DNA from: a virus
Taxonomy: Duplodnaviria > Caudoviricetes
Length of the DNA stretch: 40,743 nucleotides
IMG/VR virus record: IMGVR_UViG_3300018914_000074
Reading direction: 5' to 3' (one strand)
Both the position numbers and the translations under genes were made by a program. Below, piece by piece: positions 1 to 8,229 of the stretch (position 1 is its first letter; each line of letters starts with the position of its first letter). The notes under the pieces were generated by a model, which was not told where the DNA came from, searched no databases, and was given only the letters and a program-made list of their open reading frames with translations.

Positions 1-1221
1 TCATTTATTTTGTGGGGCAGATCGTGGGGCAAATTTTGAAATCTTGGGGTTGAGCACTTCTAAGCTGTCAGCAGCATCCCGACTCACGAGATCTGATTCG
101 TGCGTATAAATATTTGCTGTGGTCTCCAGGCGCGCGTGCCGAAGCCGCTCTTGAATGGTCTTCAAGTCCTTGCCATTCTCACGAAGCAGAGTGGCTGTTG
201 TATGCCTGAGATCATGAAGACGAATTTTCGGAAGCCCGTTTTTTATCAAAAACTTTCGCCACGTTCCTGTCGCGGTGGACGGGTAATACATAATTCCTTG
301 GCCGCCATGGAAAACATATTGCTTAGAATCGCCTTTCCAATCCTTGCAACGCAGCTTTTCCTTATTCCATTGTTTGCGATACGCCTGAAGCTCTTCCATG
401 TACCAGCGGGGCATAGGGACGAACGCTTCGGATTCTTCAGTTTTCAATTCGCCTTCGATCTTATTTCCTACTTCGTCCAAAGTGATTTGCTTAACAACGT
501 GAATACCGAGACGTTCAAAATCAACCTGAGGCCACTCCACGGCCAGGAATTCGCCGCGTCGGAATCCGCCGAGTAGAACACCGATGAAGTATAGCCGCCA
601 CTGGTCGGGTAGGGCGTATAATGCTGTTATGACCGCTTCCGTCTCGTTGCGGTTAAATGACTTCTTCCGCTGTCGCATTTCACGTTTTTCCTTCTTGTCT
701 GGCGAAGGTCTGTCAACGCCTTCGATCGGATTGGTGGCGATCAACTGCCATTTCTTCGCGGAGTCAAAGATCGACTTTAGCGCTTTGAAAATATTTAGCT
801 TCGTGTTTGTGGCCATCGGTGAACCATCTCGCTTTCGCAATTCCGCGAGAAACGTGACGATGTGCAGCGGTTTAATCTGGTCGAGTCGAGACGCGCCAAA
901 CACAGGGACGATGTACCGGCTGATATAATCCAAGGTGTTTTTCCTCGTATACTCTCCAAGCCGCTGGTCTGCATAACCTGACTTCCACTTCGGCAGGAAT
1001 TGCTCGAGAGTCATCTTCTCAAGCCTTACCACTTCACCGTTTTCAACCTTCTCCGCAAACTTAGCCAGTTCTAGATCAAGCCATTGTTTCTTCTTGCGCT
1101 CGGACTTTGCGACTTCGGGCGGAACTTCAACCGATTGCGAGATGCGTTTTCTTCCGATTGCGGCCGGGTCTCGCGCAACGAGTCGATATTTGTTTCCGCT
1201 CAAATGTTCTATATATGCCAT
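1..1221 (-). CDS. int: Prophage tyrosine integrase
   Basis: Motifs GFRRGE (R), LKT (K), HDLRHT, LRHA, NIYTH (Y); GGGAGG SD before ATG 1221 (the ORF track starts upstream at 1236). Confidence 0.95.
   Translation of the reverse strand: MAYIEHLSGNKYRLVARDPAAIGRKRISQSVEVPPEVAKSERKKKQWLDLELAKFAEKVENGEVVRLEKMTLEQFLPKWKSGYADQRLGEYTRKNTLDYISRYIVPVFGASRLDQIKPLHIVTFLAELRKRDGSPMATNTKLNIFKALKSIFDSAKKWQLIATNPIEGVDRPSPDKKEKREMRQRKKSFNRNETEAVITALYALPDQWRLYFIGVLLGGFRRGEFLAVEWPQVDFERLGIHVVKQITLDEVGNKIEGELKTEESEAFVPMPRWYMEELQAYRKQWNKEKLRCKDWKGDSKQYVFHGGQGIMYYPSTATGTWRKFLIKNGLPKIRLHDLRHTTATLLRENGKDLKTIQERLRHARLETTANIYTHESDLVSRDAADSLEVLNPKISKFAPRSAPQNK
12..31. repeat. Tandem GTGGGGCA repeat (12-19, 24-31), probable integrase arm-type binding sites
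   Basis: Direct repeat with 12-bp period in the 3' end of int, where att arm sites usually lie. Confidence 0.5.
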
Positions 1222-1237
1222 TTTTCTTCCTCCCATA

Positions 1238-1251
1238 AAAACATTTGTTCG
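1238..1251 (-). promoter_or_regulatory. Putative LexA (Cheo/SOS) box upstream of int
   Basis: CGAACAAATGTTTT versus Bacillota consensus CGAACRNRYGTTYG. Confidence 0.5.
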
Positions 1252-1298
1252 GTTTTATTGTATAATAAACGGCCCTCACGGCCGGGAAGCGCGAATTT

Positions 1299-1772
1299 CT
1301 ATTCAAACATCTCAACTACACCAAGTGGTTCGAAGCTTATTGTGAATTTCCCCATCTTTTTGTAAAGACCGTATTTTTCTGTGTACCGTTTGATTGCTTC
1401 CATAAGGAACTCCTCAGTTACCTGGAGTCGTTCGGCGAATTCATACCGGTTCCGTATGCCGGCTTTATGCGCTTCAATTATTGCAGATAGGGGAACAAGT
1501 TTCTCGTAAGCCCACGACCGAGCCAACAGTTCTTGTTTACGATTCTCCAGCTTCGCTTGATCTATGATATTTCCGGATGTTTTGTAATAATGGCCGAGTT
1601 CTTCTGCCAAAATACAAGTTCTTTCCACCCGTGATCTGATTCGTCGTTTATCGAGCAATATTACTTTCTTTGCTTTGGTTTCGACGTATAAACCCTTCAA
1701 GTTGGCGGGTAGATCAGCAGCGTCATAGACGGGAATCGGTGCCTCATGGAGTAGTTTGTCGTAATTGGGCAT
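1299..1772 (-). CDS. immA: ImmA/IrrE-family metallopeptidase (anti-repressor)
   Basis: LAEELGHY zincin-like motif and downstream QELLA; lies between int and repressor. Confidence 0.9.
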   Translation of the reverse strand: MPNYDKLLHEAPIPVYDAADLPANLKGLYVETKAKKVILLDKRRIRSRVERTCILAEELGHYYKTSGNIIDQAKLENRKQELLARSWAYEKLVPLSAIIEAHKAGIRNRYEFAERLQVTEEFLMEAIKRYTEKYGLYKKMGKFTISFEPLGVVEMFE

Positions 1773-1789
1773 AGCTTGTCCTCCGCTGA

Positions 1790-2155
1790 CTATTTAAGGG
1801 CATCCCGTGCAAGTGCAATTTTGACCGCCAGCTTTATTTGGGCAAGCTGTTCTTCAGTCAATTCGCCTTCATGCCCGACTTGATGTGCTGCCAGCGTAAG
1901 GATTTCTTCTTCAGAGAGATCCGATTGCTCCGGAATTTCTTCAATACCGTCCTCGGCCATCCTCTCCAAGTCTTCTACTTTGAGATTTAAGGTTTTGCAG
2001 ATTTTTATCACGTTCTCAACTGCGGATTTTCCTACGCCTCTCTCCAAAATAGACCGAAGCGTTGTATAGGGTATATTGGCGCTTTCAGCAAATGCTTTCT
2101 GACTGGGCCACCCCTTTTCAATAAGGTTTTTTATTATCTCCGTCCGTTTATCCAC
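1790..2155 (-). CDS. XRE-family HTH immunity repressor (CI/ImmR-like)
   Basis: N-terminal HTH (SQKAFAESANIPYTTLRSIL), acidic linker, C-terminal TLAAH motif typical of ImmA-paired repressors. Confidence 0.88.
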   Translation of the reverse strand: MDKRTEIIKNLIEKGWPSQKAFAESANIPYTTLRSILERGVGKSAVENVIKICKTLNLKVEDLERMAEDGIEEIPEQSDLSEEEILTLAAHQVGHEGELTEEQLAQIKLAVKIALARDALK

Positions 2156-2202
2156 TACCTATTCCCCTTCCAAAATATACGGAATTTCGTACACCCAAGA
2201 CA

Positions 2203-2231
2203 AGTATACGCACAAAGTTATTATTTGTAAA
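2203..2231 (-). promoter_or_regulatory. Leftward sigma-A promoter for repressor-immA-int
   Basis: TTTACA-N17-TATACT on minus strand. Confidence 0.75.
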
Positions 2232-2264
2232 CATGCAATTTCGTATTTTATGTATTAATTTCGG

Positions 2265-2293
2265 TTGACATGATACGAAATTGAGTATATTAT
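2265..2293 (+). promoter_or_regulatory. Rightward (lytic early) sigma-A promoter
   Basis: TTGACA-N17-TATTAT with an operator in the spacer. Confidence 0.85.
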
Positions 2294-2336
2294 GGGGTCA
2301 CAATACGAAATTGAGTATTTGGAGGTGTAGGCCAAT

Positions 2337-2609
2337 TTGTTTCGCAACCTAGAGGCGGAAATGGCGAGGAATAGCATAACCAAAGGTCACTTGGCGATGT
2401 GCTTGGGCGTTCGTTACGCAACGATCATCGATAAGACCAAAGGTCGTTCTCCTTTTCATCTGGATGAAGCACTGAAGATCAAACGGGAGTTCTTCCCCGA
2501 TTGTGATTTTGAGTACCTATTCCAGAAAGACGAAGGACAGCCCGAAGATATGGTCGAGGAGCATTACGAGAAGGGCCAAGACAACTACATAAAGGAGGTA
2601 TCCAATTGA
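2337..2609 (+). CDS. Cro-like XRE HTH protein
   Basis: MFRNLEAEMAR...FHLDEALKIKREFF...YLF pattern; first gene divergent from repressor; GGAGGTG SD. Confidence 0.85.
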   Translation: MFRNLEAEMARNSITKGHLAMCLGVRYATIIDKTKGRSPFHLDEALKIKREFFPDCDFEYLFQKDEGQPEDMVEEHYEKGQDNYIKEVSN

Positions 2610-2890
2610 ACACCTCGGATTTTCTCGAGGCGATCAGGATGGATATAAAGCGAGAGCTTAGGCAAGAAATACTCAGCGAGCTCCAGCCGGAAATCGAGCG
2701 CCGCATCTACGCCAACATTTTCACCTTCAAAGAGGCGGCGCAATATCTGAAGGTATCCATCAGCACGCTGCGGCGTATGGTCGCTGCTAATGAGATCCCG
2801 CATTTCAAGCAACGCGAAAATGTCTATTTTCGACAAATCGATTTGGATAGGTCAATTGAAAATCGATTGGTCGGGAGGCTTGCTCAATGA
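2606..2890 (+). CDS. Excisionase-like (HTH_17) DNA-binding protein
   Basis: FTFKEAAQYLKVSISTLRRMV...IPHFK winged-helix pattern. Confidence 0.8.
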   Translation: MNTSDFLEAIRMDIKRELRQEILSELQPEIERRIYANIFTFKEAAQYLKVSISTLRRMVAANEIPHFKQRENVYFRQIDLDRSIENRLVGRLAQ

Positions 2891-3066
2891 AGACGTACAT
2901 CATCCGCTTTAATCACCCCGAACGTGGCACAATCTCCGCGGAGGTCGTGGCCGGCACTGAGGCCGATGCTCGAGAGGACTTCGCGCAACGGCATCCCCAT
3001 TGTGAGATCATCGGCTCGAACGCGAAGCCGCAGCGCTGGGATGCGTATCGGGTGTTAGGGGATTGA
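2887..3066 (+). CDS. Small hypothetical protein (59 aa, MKTYIIRFNHPERG...), not in ORF track
   Basis: GGGAGG SD, ATGA overlap with previous gene, open to TGA 3064-3066. Confidence 0.7.
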   Translation: MKTYIIRFNHPERGTISAEVVAGTEADAREDFAQRHPHCEIIGSNAKPQRWDAYRVLGD

Positions 3067-3148
3067 CTCGGGCGGTTACGCCCGCTTTTATCTGCATTGT
3101 TTTGCTCTATCACGTTTTCAAAGGGTGATATGGAAGGAGGTGAGAGAT

Positions 3149-3364
3149 TTGGAGAATGCACCGGAGAAAACTTTCGAGCAAAGCGTGCTCGATCAGCTCG
3201 TCGAAGACGGTTATGCGGTCCACGCTGACGGAGAGCGCTGGATCTTGACGGAAAAGGGTCAGCGCATGGTGGAGCGGGAATTTCGACGTTACGAGCTGCG
3301 TCCAGGGATGCACATCATGATAGGCATGCACTACGCCGAGAAATTTGGCTTCAAACTGGTTTGA
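3149..3364 (+). CDS. Hypothetical protein (possible winged-helix)
   Basis: AGGAGGTGA SD then TTG 3149; WILTEKG motif. Confidence 0.65.
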   Translation: MENAPEKTFEQSVLDQLVEDGYAVHADGERWILTEKGQRMVEREFRRYELRPGMHIMIGMHYAEKFGFKLV

Positions 3365-3378
3365 TTGGAGGAAGCGGG

Positions 3379-3468
3379 ATGATCGATTGGTTCGGAATTA
3401 TATTCTCGGCATTGCTTGTCGCCGGATCGCTGATCGCGATTCGGAACCGGGAGGCGCGGCGGAAATGA
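3379..3468 (+). CDS. 29-aa single-TM peptide MIDWFGIIFSALLVAGSLIAIRNREARRK, not in ORF track
   Basis: GGAGG SD, hydrophobic core, basic tail, ATGA coupling to next gene. Confidence 0.65.
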   Translation: MIDWFGIIFSALLVAGSLIAIRNREARRK

Positions 3469-3599
3469 CGGACGAGCAGTTGGATCGACTCGGCGAATAT
3501 TTCGTCTACCATCGGGTCCGCGAGCGTTACGGGCTCACCTTCGAGCAATTCGTCGAGAAGTACCGGAGAGGGACGTGGGAGGCGTGGTTGGCAGCATGA
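3465..3599 (+). CDS. Hypothetical protein (44 aa, MTDEQLDRLG...)
   Basis: GGGAGG SD, ATGA overlaps at both ends. Confidence 0.65.
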   Translation: MTDEQLDRLGEYFVYHRVRERYGLTFEQFVEKYRRGTWEAWLAA

Positions 3600-3829
3600 A
3601 ACCCGGGGACCGATTCATCTACAACGAAAAGGGCATGGTCGCGAAAGTCACACTCGTCTCGTACGAGCTTCAAAACGGCAGCTGGCACGCCTTCGAGTTT
3701 CGGGTCGACAAAATCTACGCCTCGGAGCCGCTGAAAGACGGGAACGTTCCGAAGCCGGTCGAGATCGTGAAAGTCGGGTACCGGGATGGATACAAGCATT
3801 ATGCAGGATGGGAGATCGATCGGCTATGA
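3596..3829 (+). CDS. Hypothetical protein
   Basis: GGAGG SD, MKPGDRF start, coupled overlaps. Confidence 0.65.
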   Translation: MKPGDRFIYNEKGMVAKVTLVSYELQNGSWHAFEFRVDKIYASEPLKDGNVPKPVEIVKVGYRDGYKHYAGWEIDRL

Positions 3830-3939
3830 CCCGCCGCCAGCGTACATACGAGAACTTGCTGCAGCTTGCCACAATGGCGCGTAGCTGGCGGACGGAACGG
3901 GTTTATCTCAATCAAATACCATGGGAGGCATTCAAATGA
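3826..3939 (+). CDS. Small hypothetical protein (37 aa, MTRRQRTYENLL...), not in ORF track
   Basis: ATGA overlaps at both ends fill the gap exactly. Confidence 0.55.
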   Translation: MTRRQRTYENLLQLATMARSWRTERVYLNQIPWEAFK

Positions 3940-4211
3940 AAAGCACAGGAGTTGTTCGAAAGGTGGACGAGCTGGGGCGCATCGTTATCCCTATGGAGCT
4001 GCGGCGGACGCTGGGGATCGGCGAGAAAGACCCATTGGAGGTATTCGTAGACGGGGAGCGCATTGTGCTGCGGAAGTACGCTCCGGGCTGCGTCTATTGC
4101 GGGTCGGTGGATGATGGATTGAAGACGCTCTTGGACAAGCTGGTTTGTCGCAAATGTACGGAGCAGATAGCGGAGCAATTGACGACAAGCGGTAACGTAA
4201 AAAGCAAATAA
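3936..4211 (+). CDS. abrB: AbrB/Abh-family transition-state regulator
   Basis: MKSTGVVRKVDELGRIVIPMELRRTLGI signature plus C-terminal CxxC...CxxC. Confidence 0.92.
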   Translation: MKSTGVVRKVDELGRIVIPMELRRTLGIGEKDPLEVFVDGERIVLRKYAPGCVYCGSVDDGLKTLLDKLVCRKCTEQIAEQLTTSGNVKSK

Positions 4212-4310
4212 GCCGCCGGTCCAGGGCGACTTATTGCAAAACGAAAATGTTTATTTGAACCCATTATACACGATATTGGCTGTGCGGAAAAGATCGGAAG
4301 GAGTGCGCCC

Positions 4311-4727
4311 ATGTCCATCGCTTCGTTACATACCAAAGAAGACCAGCAACGGGCGTTAATGATTCTGCTCAAGAGAGCGGATCGGTGCGACTTGGACACT
4401 CCGTCCGGCGTGGCTCGAAAGATTGAACTGCTGTCCGAAGCTCAGGTCATTATCGGTCGATTTGCAGCTAATGCGGTCCGGGATTACAATCGCGTTTATG
4501 CGGAGCGGAAGCGGGTTCATGCGGAAGCTTTTCTCGCAGCGAAGCGGGACAAGGCTCATCATGCGGAGCTTGCTGTCGTCGAGCTGCGGCTGAAAGAGGC
4601 AGAGCTCGAGGCGGAAAAGGTGCGCTGGAATAACGCGTTCGCTTCCAACCTGGAAGTCATCAACAGCTTGAAGTATACGCACAAAGTGCTGATGGCGGAA
4701 ATGCTGAACCCGCAGAACGGATCCTGA
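4311..4727 (+). CDS. Hypothetical coiled-coil protein
   Basis: AAGGAG SD, helical E/K/A-rich sequence. Confidence 0.7.
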   Translation: MSIASLHTKEDQQRALMILLKRADRCDLDTPSGVARKIELLSEAQVIIGRFAANAVRDYNRVYAERKRVHAEAFLAAKRDKAHHAELAVVELRLKEAELEAEKVRWNNAFASNLEVINSLKYTHKVLMAEMLNPQNGS

Positions 4728-4791
4728 TCTCGGGGGAGAGGAGGATGATGCGAGGCATGACGCCCGAATGCAGACCAAATAAAGGTGGGAT

Positions 4792-5667
4792 ATGGGAATG
4801 GCGTGGCTAGAGAGTCATCAAGAGCTGGGCAGGCATCCGAAAACAAAAAAGCTCGCGAGACTTCTCGGCGTTTCTGTTCCTGCAGCCGTTGGCCACCTAC
4901 ATTTCTTGTGGTGGTGGGCTCTCGATTACGCCCAAGACGGCGATCTATCCCGATTCGATAACGAGGATATCGCCGACGCATGCGGATGGGAAGGCGAGGC
5001 ATCCACGATGGTTAGAGGTCTTGTGGACGCCGGATTTATTGAGAGCGATATGCAGATTCACGATTGGGAGGAATACGCGGGACGTCTTGTCGAGAAGCGG
5101 GAGCAAAACAAGGAGCGGAAGCGGAAGTCACGCGCCCGTCACGCGCCCGTCACGGAAGACGGCAACGCCCGTCACGGGGCTACAGTACCTAACCAAACAG
5201 AACCTAACCATATTACTACTGCAACTGCGCCCGCGCACGAACCTGTTTCCGAACCACCACTGGTGACGGATGAATCCGAAGAACCGATCGGCGGCGGGTA
5301 CAAGACGATAAACGACGCTCACACAAAAGTGTTTGGAACGCTCACGATCTCCCCGCTGTTCCATGATTTTTACCGATCGATTTTGAACCGGGGAAACTCA
5401 ACGGAATACGTCATCGAGCTGCTTTACGAAGTTGGTTCACACGCAACAAAGCCGTCGCTGGAGTACATGCAAAAAGTGGACCGAAGTTGGCAGGAGCAAG
5501 GGATAAGATCGCGGGCAGAAGCCAGGTCGAAGAACGAGCAGCGAACGGGAAGCAGGGGCGCCCGCGGCAGTCGACAAGCAGACCAAGCTCAGAAGCTCCG
5601 CGAAATGCAGGAGCAATTCGCAAGGGAGGAGACCAATGCAGAAAGCGGAAGTGGCCCGCCTGTTTGA
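4792..5667 (+). CDS. Phage replication initiator / replisome organiser
   Basis: MAWLESHQEL.RHPK...LWWW...IHDWEEY N-terminus, internal iterons, precedes loader and DnaB. Confidence 0.85.
   Translation: MGMAWLESHQELGRHPKTKKLARLLGVSVPAAVGHLHFLWWWALDYAQDGDLSRFDNEDIADACGWEGEASTMVRGLVDAGFIESDMQIHDWEEYAGRLVEKREQNKERKRKSRARHAPVTEDGNARHGATVPNQTEPNHITTATAPAHEPVSEPPLVTDESEEPIGGGYKTINDAHTKVFGTLTISPLFHDFYRSILNRGNSTEYVIELLYEVGSHATKPSLEYMQKVDRSWQEQGIRSRAEARSKNEQRTGSRGARGSRQADQAQKLREMQEQFAREETNAESGSGPPV
5127..5220 (+). repeat. Probable replication origin: iterons plus A-rich tract
   Basis: CGCCCGTCACG at 5133, 5144, 5166; ACCTAACCA twice (5187, 5202); lambda-like position inside initiator gene. Confidence 0.7.
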
Positions 5668-5971
5668 GCAGGTGACGATGGCCTATCCAAACTTTACAGC
5701 TGACAAGGAGAAAGTGCTGTTCTGGCACCAATACCTGCAGGACATCAGCTTTGATCAAGCTGCCGAGAACCTTCGGCGCCATATAGTGTCAAGCACGTTC
5801 CCGCCAACGATCGCCGATCTGCGGCGGCCGCTTGTGCAGAAAGATCCAGAACAGCACGTAGATTACGCGAAACTTGGTGCGGAAACCAAAGAACGGCTCC
5901 ACGACATGGAACGATGGGCAGCGGAAGCGACACCGCCGCCGTGGAGACGCGGAGGTGTAATCGGTGACTGA
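5636..5971 (+). CDS. Replicative helicase loader/inhibitor (SPP1 G39P-like)
   Basis: AYPNF...W...L.D...FPPTIADL pattern; directly upstream of DnaB. Confidence 0.85.
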   Translation: MQKAEVARLFEQVTMAYPNFTADKEKVLFWHQYLQDISFDQAAENLRRHIVSSTFPPTIADLRRPLVQKDPEQHVDYAKLGAETKERLHDMERWAAEATPPPWRRGGVIGD

Positions 5972-7298
5972 ACTGAACATGTCGAACTTTATCAACCTGG
6001 AAGCGGAGCAGGCCGTGCTCGGAGCAATCCTCCTGAGCCCTGAGGCTCTCGATGTGGCGCTTGAGTGGGTGAAGGTCGAGGATTTCTACAAGGAGGGGCA
6101 TCAAAGCATCCTCCAGGGCATGATCGAGTTATCCGATTCGAACAAACCGATCGACCTGATCACCCTGACTGAGCAGCTGATGAGTGACGGTAAGCTCGCT
6201 GGCATTGGCGGCGTGAAGTACCTTACCGAGCTGGCCGGATCCGTACCGACGGCCGCCAACATCCGCCACTACCTATCGATCGTGAAGAACAAGTCACTCT
6301 CGCGAAAGGCTTTCAGAGCAGCCAAGGCGATGATGGATAACGGCAAAGAGATGGATGACCCGAAGGCATTCATCGCCAGCATGCAGGAGGTCGCGGATTC
6401 ACTCGGAGATGAGCTCCGACCCGAACGTGAATTCGTCGCAACAGGCCAGATACTTCGGGAACATTCGGATCTGCTCGATGTGCGTTATAACAGCAACGGG
6501 GAGGTCGTAGGCGTTAAAACCGCCAGCAGAGACCTTGATCGACTCACATCAGGGAGGCAGAAGCAGGACTTCATCATCATTGCTGCTCGGCCGTCTGTAG
6601 GCAAGACAGCGTTCATGTTGAACGATGCACTCGCCGCGGCCAAGGGGGGCACGACGGTCGGAATATTCAGCCTCGAGATGCCGAGGACGTCGCTTGCAGA
6701 GCGCATGATTGCGGCTCTAGGGGATATCGACGGAATGAAGCTTCGAACGGGTCGACTCGATGCAAACGACTGGGAGCGTTACACGGGCGCAGCGGCAAAG
6801 CTGTCGAACCTCCCGATCTACATCGACGATACTCCAGGACTCTCGGTTCAGCAGATCCGGTCGAAGATGCGAGCCTTCCGCAAGAAGCACGGGGACAACA
6901 TTATTTTCTACATCGACTACCTGCAGCTCATCAACGGCGGCCGCGTGTTCCAGAACCGAAACCTCGAGATCGGCCACATCTCCAGGACGCTCAAGCAGTG
7001 CGCCCGGGACAACAACTGCCCGGTTGTCGCATTGTCGCAGTTAAGCCGGGCCGTGGAGCAGCGTCAGGACAAGCGACCGATGATGTCCGATCTGCGTGAG
7101 TCTGGAGACATCGAACAGGATGCGGACGAGATTGAATTTTTGTATCGGGACGACTATTACAATGCCGAGTCCGAGAAGAAAAACATCGTCGAAGTCATCG
7201 TCGCAAAAGGCCGGAACACAGGAACGGGCGTCGTCGAAGTGGTTTACCTCAAAAACTACAGTAAGTTCGTCGATCTCGACCGGGGACACAGCGCATGA
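5964..7298 (+). CDS. dnaB: Replicative DNA helicase
   Basis: EAEQAVLGAIL, AARPSVGKT, FSLEM, IDYLQL, LSQLSR, DLRESGDIEQDAD. Confidence 0.97.
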   Translation: MTELNMSNFINLEAEQAVLGAILLSPEALDVALEWVKVEDFYKEGHQSILQGMIELSDSNKPIDLITLTEQLMSDGKLAGIGGVKYLTELAGSVPTAANIRHYLSIVKNKSLSRKAFRAAKAMMDNGKEMDDPKAFIASMQEVADSLGDELRPEREFVATGQILREHSDLLDVRYNSNGEVVGVKTASRDLDRLTSGRQKQDFIIIAARPSVGKTAFMLNDALAAAKGGTTVGIFSLEMPRTSLAERMIAALGDIDGMKLRTGRLDANDWERYTGAAAKLSNLPIYIDDTPGLSVQQIRSKMRAFRKKHGDNIIFYIDYLQLINGGRVFQNRNLEIGHISRTLKQCARDNNCPVVALSQLSRAVEQRQDKRPMMSDLRESGDIEQDADEIEFLYRDDYYNAESEKKNIVEVIVAKGRNTGTGVVEVVYLKNYSKFVDLDRGHSA

Positions 7299-7651
7299 GT
7301 GCCGACATAGCTTACATACTTCACGACCCGCGGCCGAACACACCGGACACGAAACGCTGGCGCTGTGCGCTACTCCTGGTTCACCGGCTAGCACCGGATC
7401 CGGAAACAGCTATCGAGCTCGCTTCGCGGCTTTGGACGATGAGAGCGATGGGAACGACCATGGTGCTGGAGCGGGGAGGATTACGGTTCGCATATCTGCC
7501 CGGCCAGTGGGAGAACGAAGCGGATTTCGAGGAGTTCAAGGCCATCTCCTTCCGCGAATTTCGAAACGAGGTCATCCAGCTGCTGTATCAAGTCGAGATG
7601 ACTGCAGATAGACGGGAGGTGCCGGAAGCGTGGAAGGTTTACGCGAGATGA
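7295..7651 (+). CDS. Hypothetical protein
   Basis: ATGA coupling, SD. Confidence 0.7.
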   Translation: MSADIAYILHDPRPNTPDTKRWRCALLLVHRLAPDPETAIELASRLWTMRAMGTTMVLERGGLRFAYLPGQWENEADFEEFKAISFREFRNEVIQLLYQVEMTADRREVPEAWKVYAR

Positions 7652-7941
7652 CCGACGCCGAGCTGTACCGCATTGCCACGAGCCCGGAGAGCCGGCTGGG
7701 GCTCCGCTATGAGGCTGCGCGGGAGTTGCAAGAAAGGAGGGGGGACAGAAGTGGGCAAAGAGCGCAGGCGGAAAATGACCATAGACAATCAGCTAAATCA
7801 ACTAGAACTCAGCTGGAAAAGTTACGAGTGGCTGATCAAAGACCGCCTGATCAAGATCGACGAAATAACTCGCAGCATGATCAAGGAAATGCACCTTTGC
7901 GGGGTCCCCTCCTCAATGATCGCGGAACATCTCCCCCGTAG
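7648..7941 (+). CDS. Small hypothetical protein (MTDAELYRIA...); 3' end uncertain, overlaps next gene
   Basis: ATGA coupling at start; C-terminal half looks off-frame. Confidence 0.45.
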   Translation: MTDAELYRIATSPESRLGLRYEAARELQERRGDRSGQRAQAENDHRQSAKSTRTQLEKLRVADQRPPDQDRRNNSQHDQGNAPLRGPLLNDRGTSPP

Positions 7942-8026
7942 GTTTGAAGATCTCAAACGAAGAGTTGTTGATGAAAATGACAGACGGTTTCACGGGAATC
8001 AGCACAGTAGGATGGTGAACGAATGA
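7751..8026 (+). CDS. Hypothetical protein (start GTG 7751 or ATG 7775)
   Basis: AGGAGG SD; ATGA coupling to next gene. Confidence 0.6.
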   Translation: MGKERRRKMTIDNQLNQLELSWKSYEWLIKDRLIKIDEITRSMIKEMHLCGVPSSMIAEHLPRRFEDLKRRVVDENDRRFHGNQHSRMVNE

Positions 8027-8229
8027 AAACGAGCGAGCGGGTTTTGAAATACATCATCCAGCACCGGGAAATGCACGGATACGCGCCTACGATCCGCGAG
8101 ATCTGCGAAGGTGTTGGGCTGAGATCTTCGTCGACGGTGAATGGGCACCTGCAACGCCTAGAGCAAAAGGGCAGGATCAAACGGAAGCCGGCAAGCCCGC
8201 GGGCGATTGAGGTTATTGCGAATGGGTAG
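8023..8229 (+). CDS. LexA DNA-binding-domain-only protein
   Basis: GYAPTIREICEGVGLRSSSTVNGHLQRLEQKG.I.R...PRAIEV; no peptidase domain. Confidence 0.88.
   Translation: MKTSERVLKYIIQHREMHGYAPTIREICEGVGLRSSSTVNGHLQRLEQKGRIKRKPASPRAIEVIANG

Larger units (their letters stand above)
2177..2318. promoter_or_regulatory. Genetic switch: four 16-bp operators (2177-2192, 2231-2246, 2273-2288, 2303-2318)
   Basis: ATACGAAATTGAGTAT occurs twice exactly, with two inverted variants (GTACGAAATTCCGTAT, ATACGAAATTGCATGT). Confidence 0.85.
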
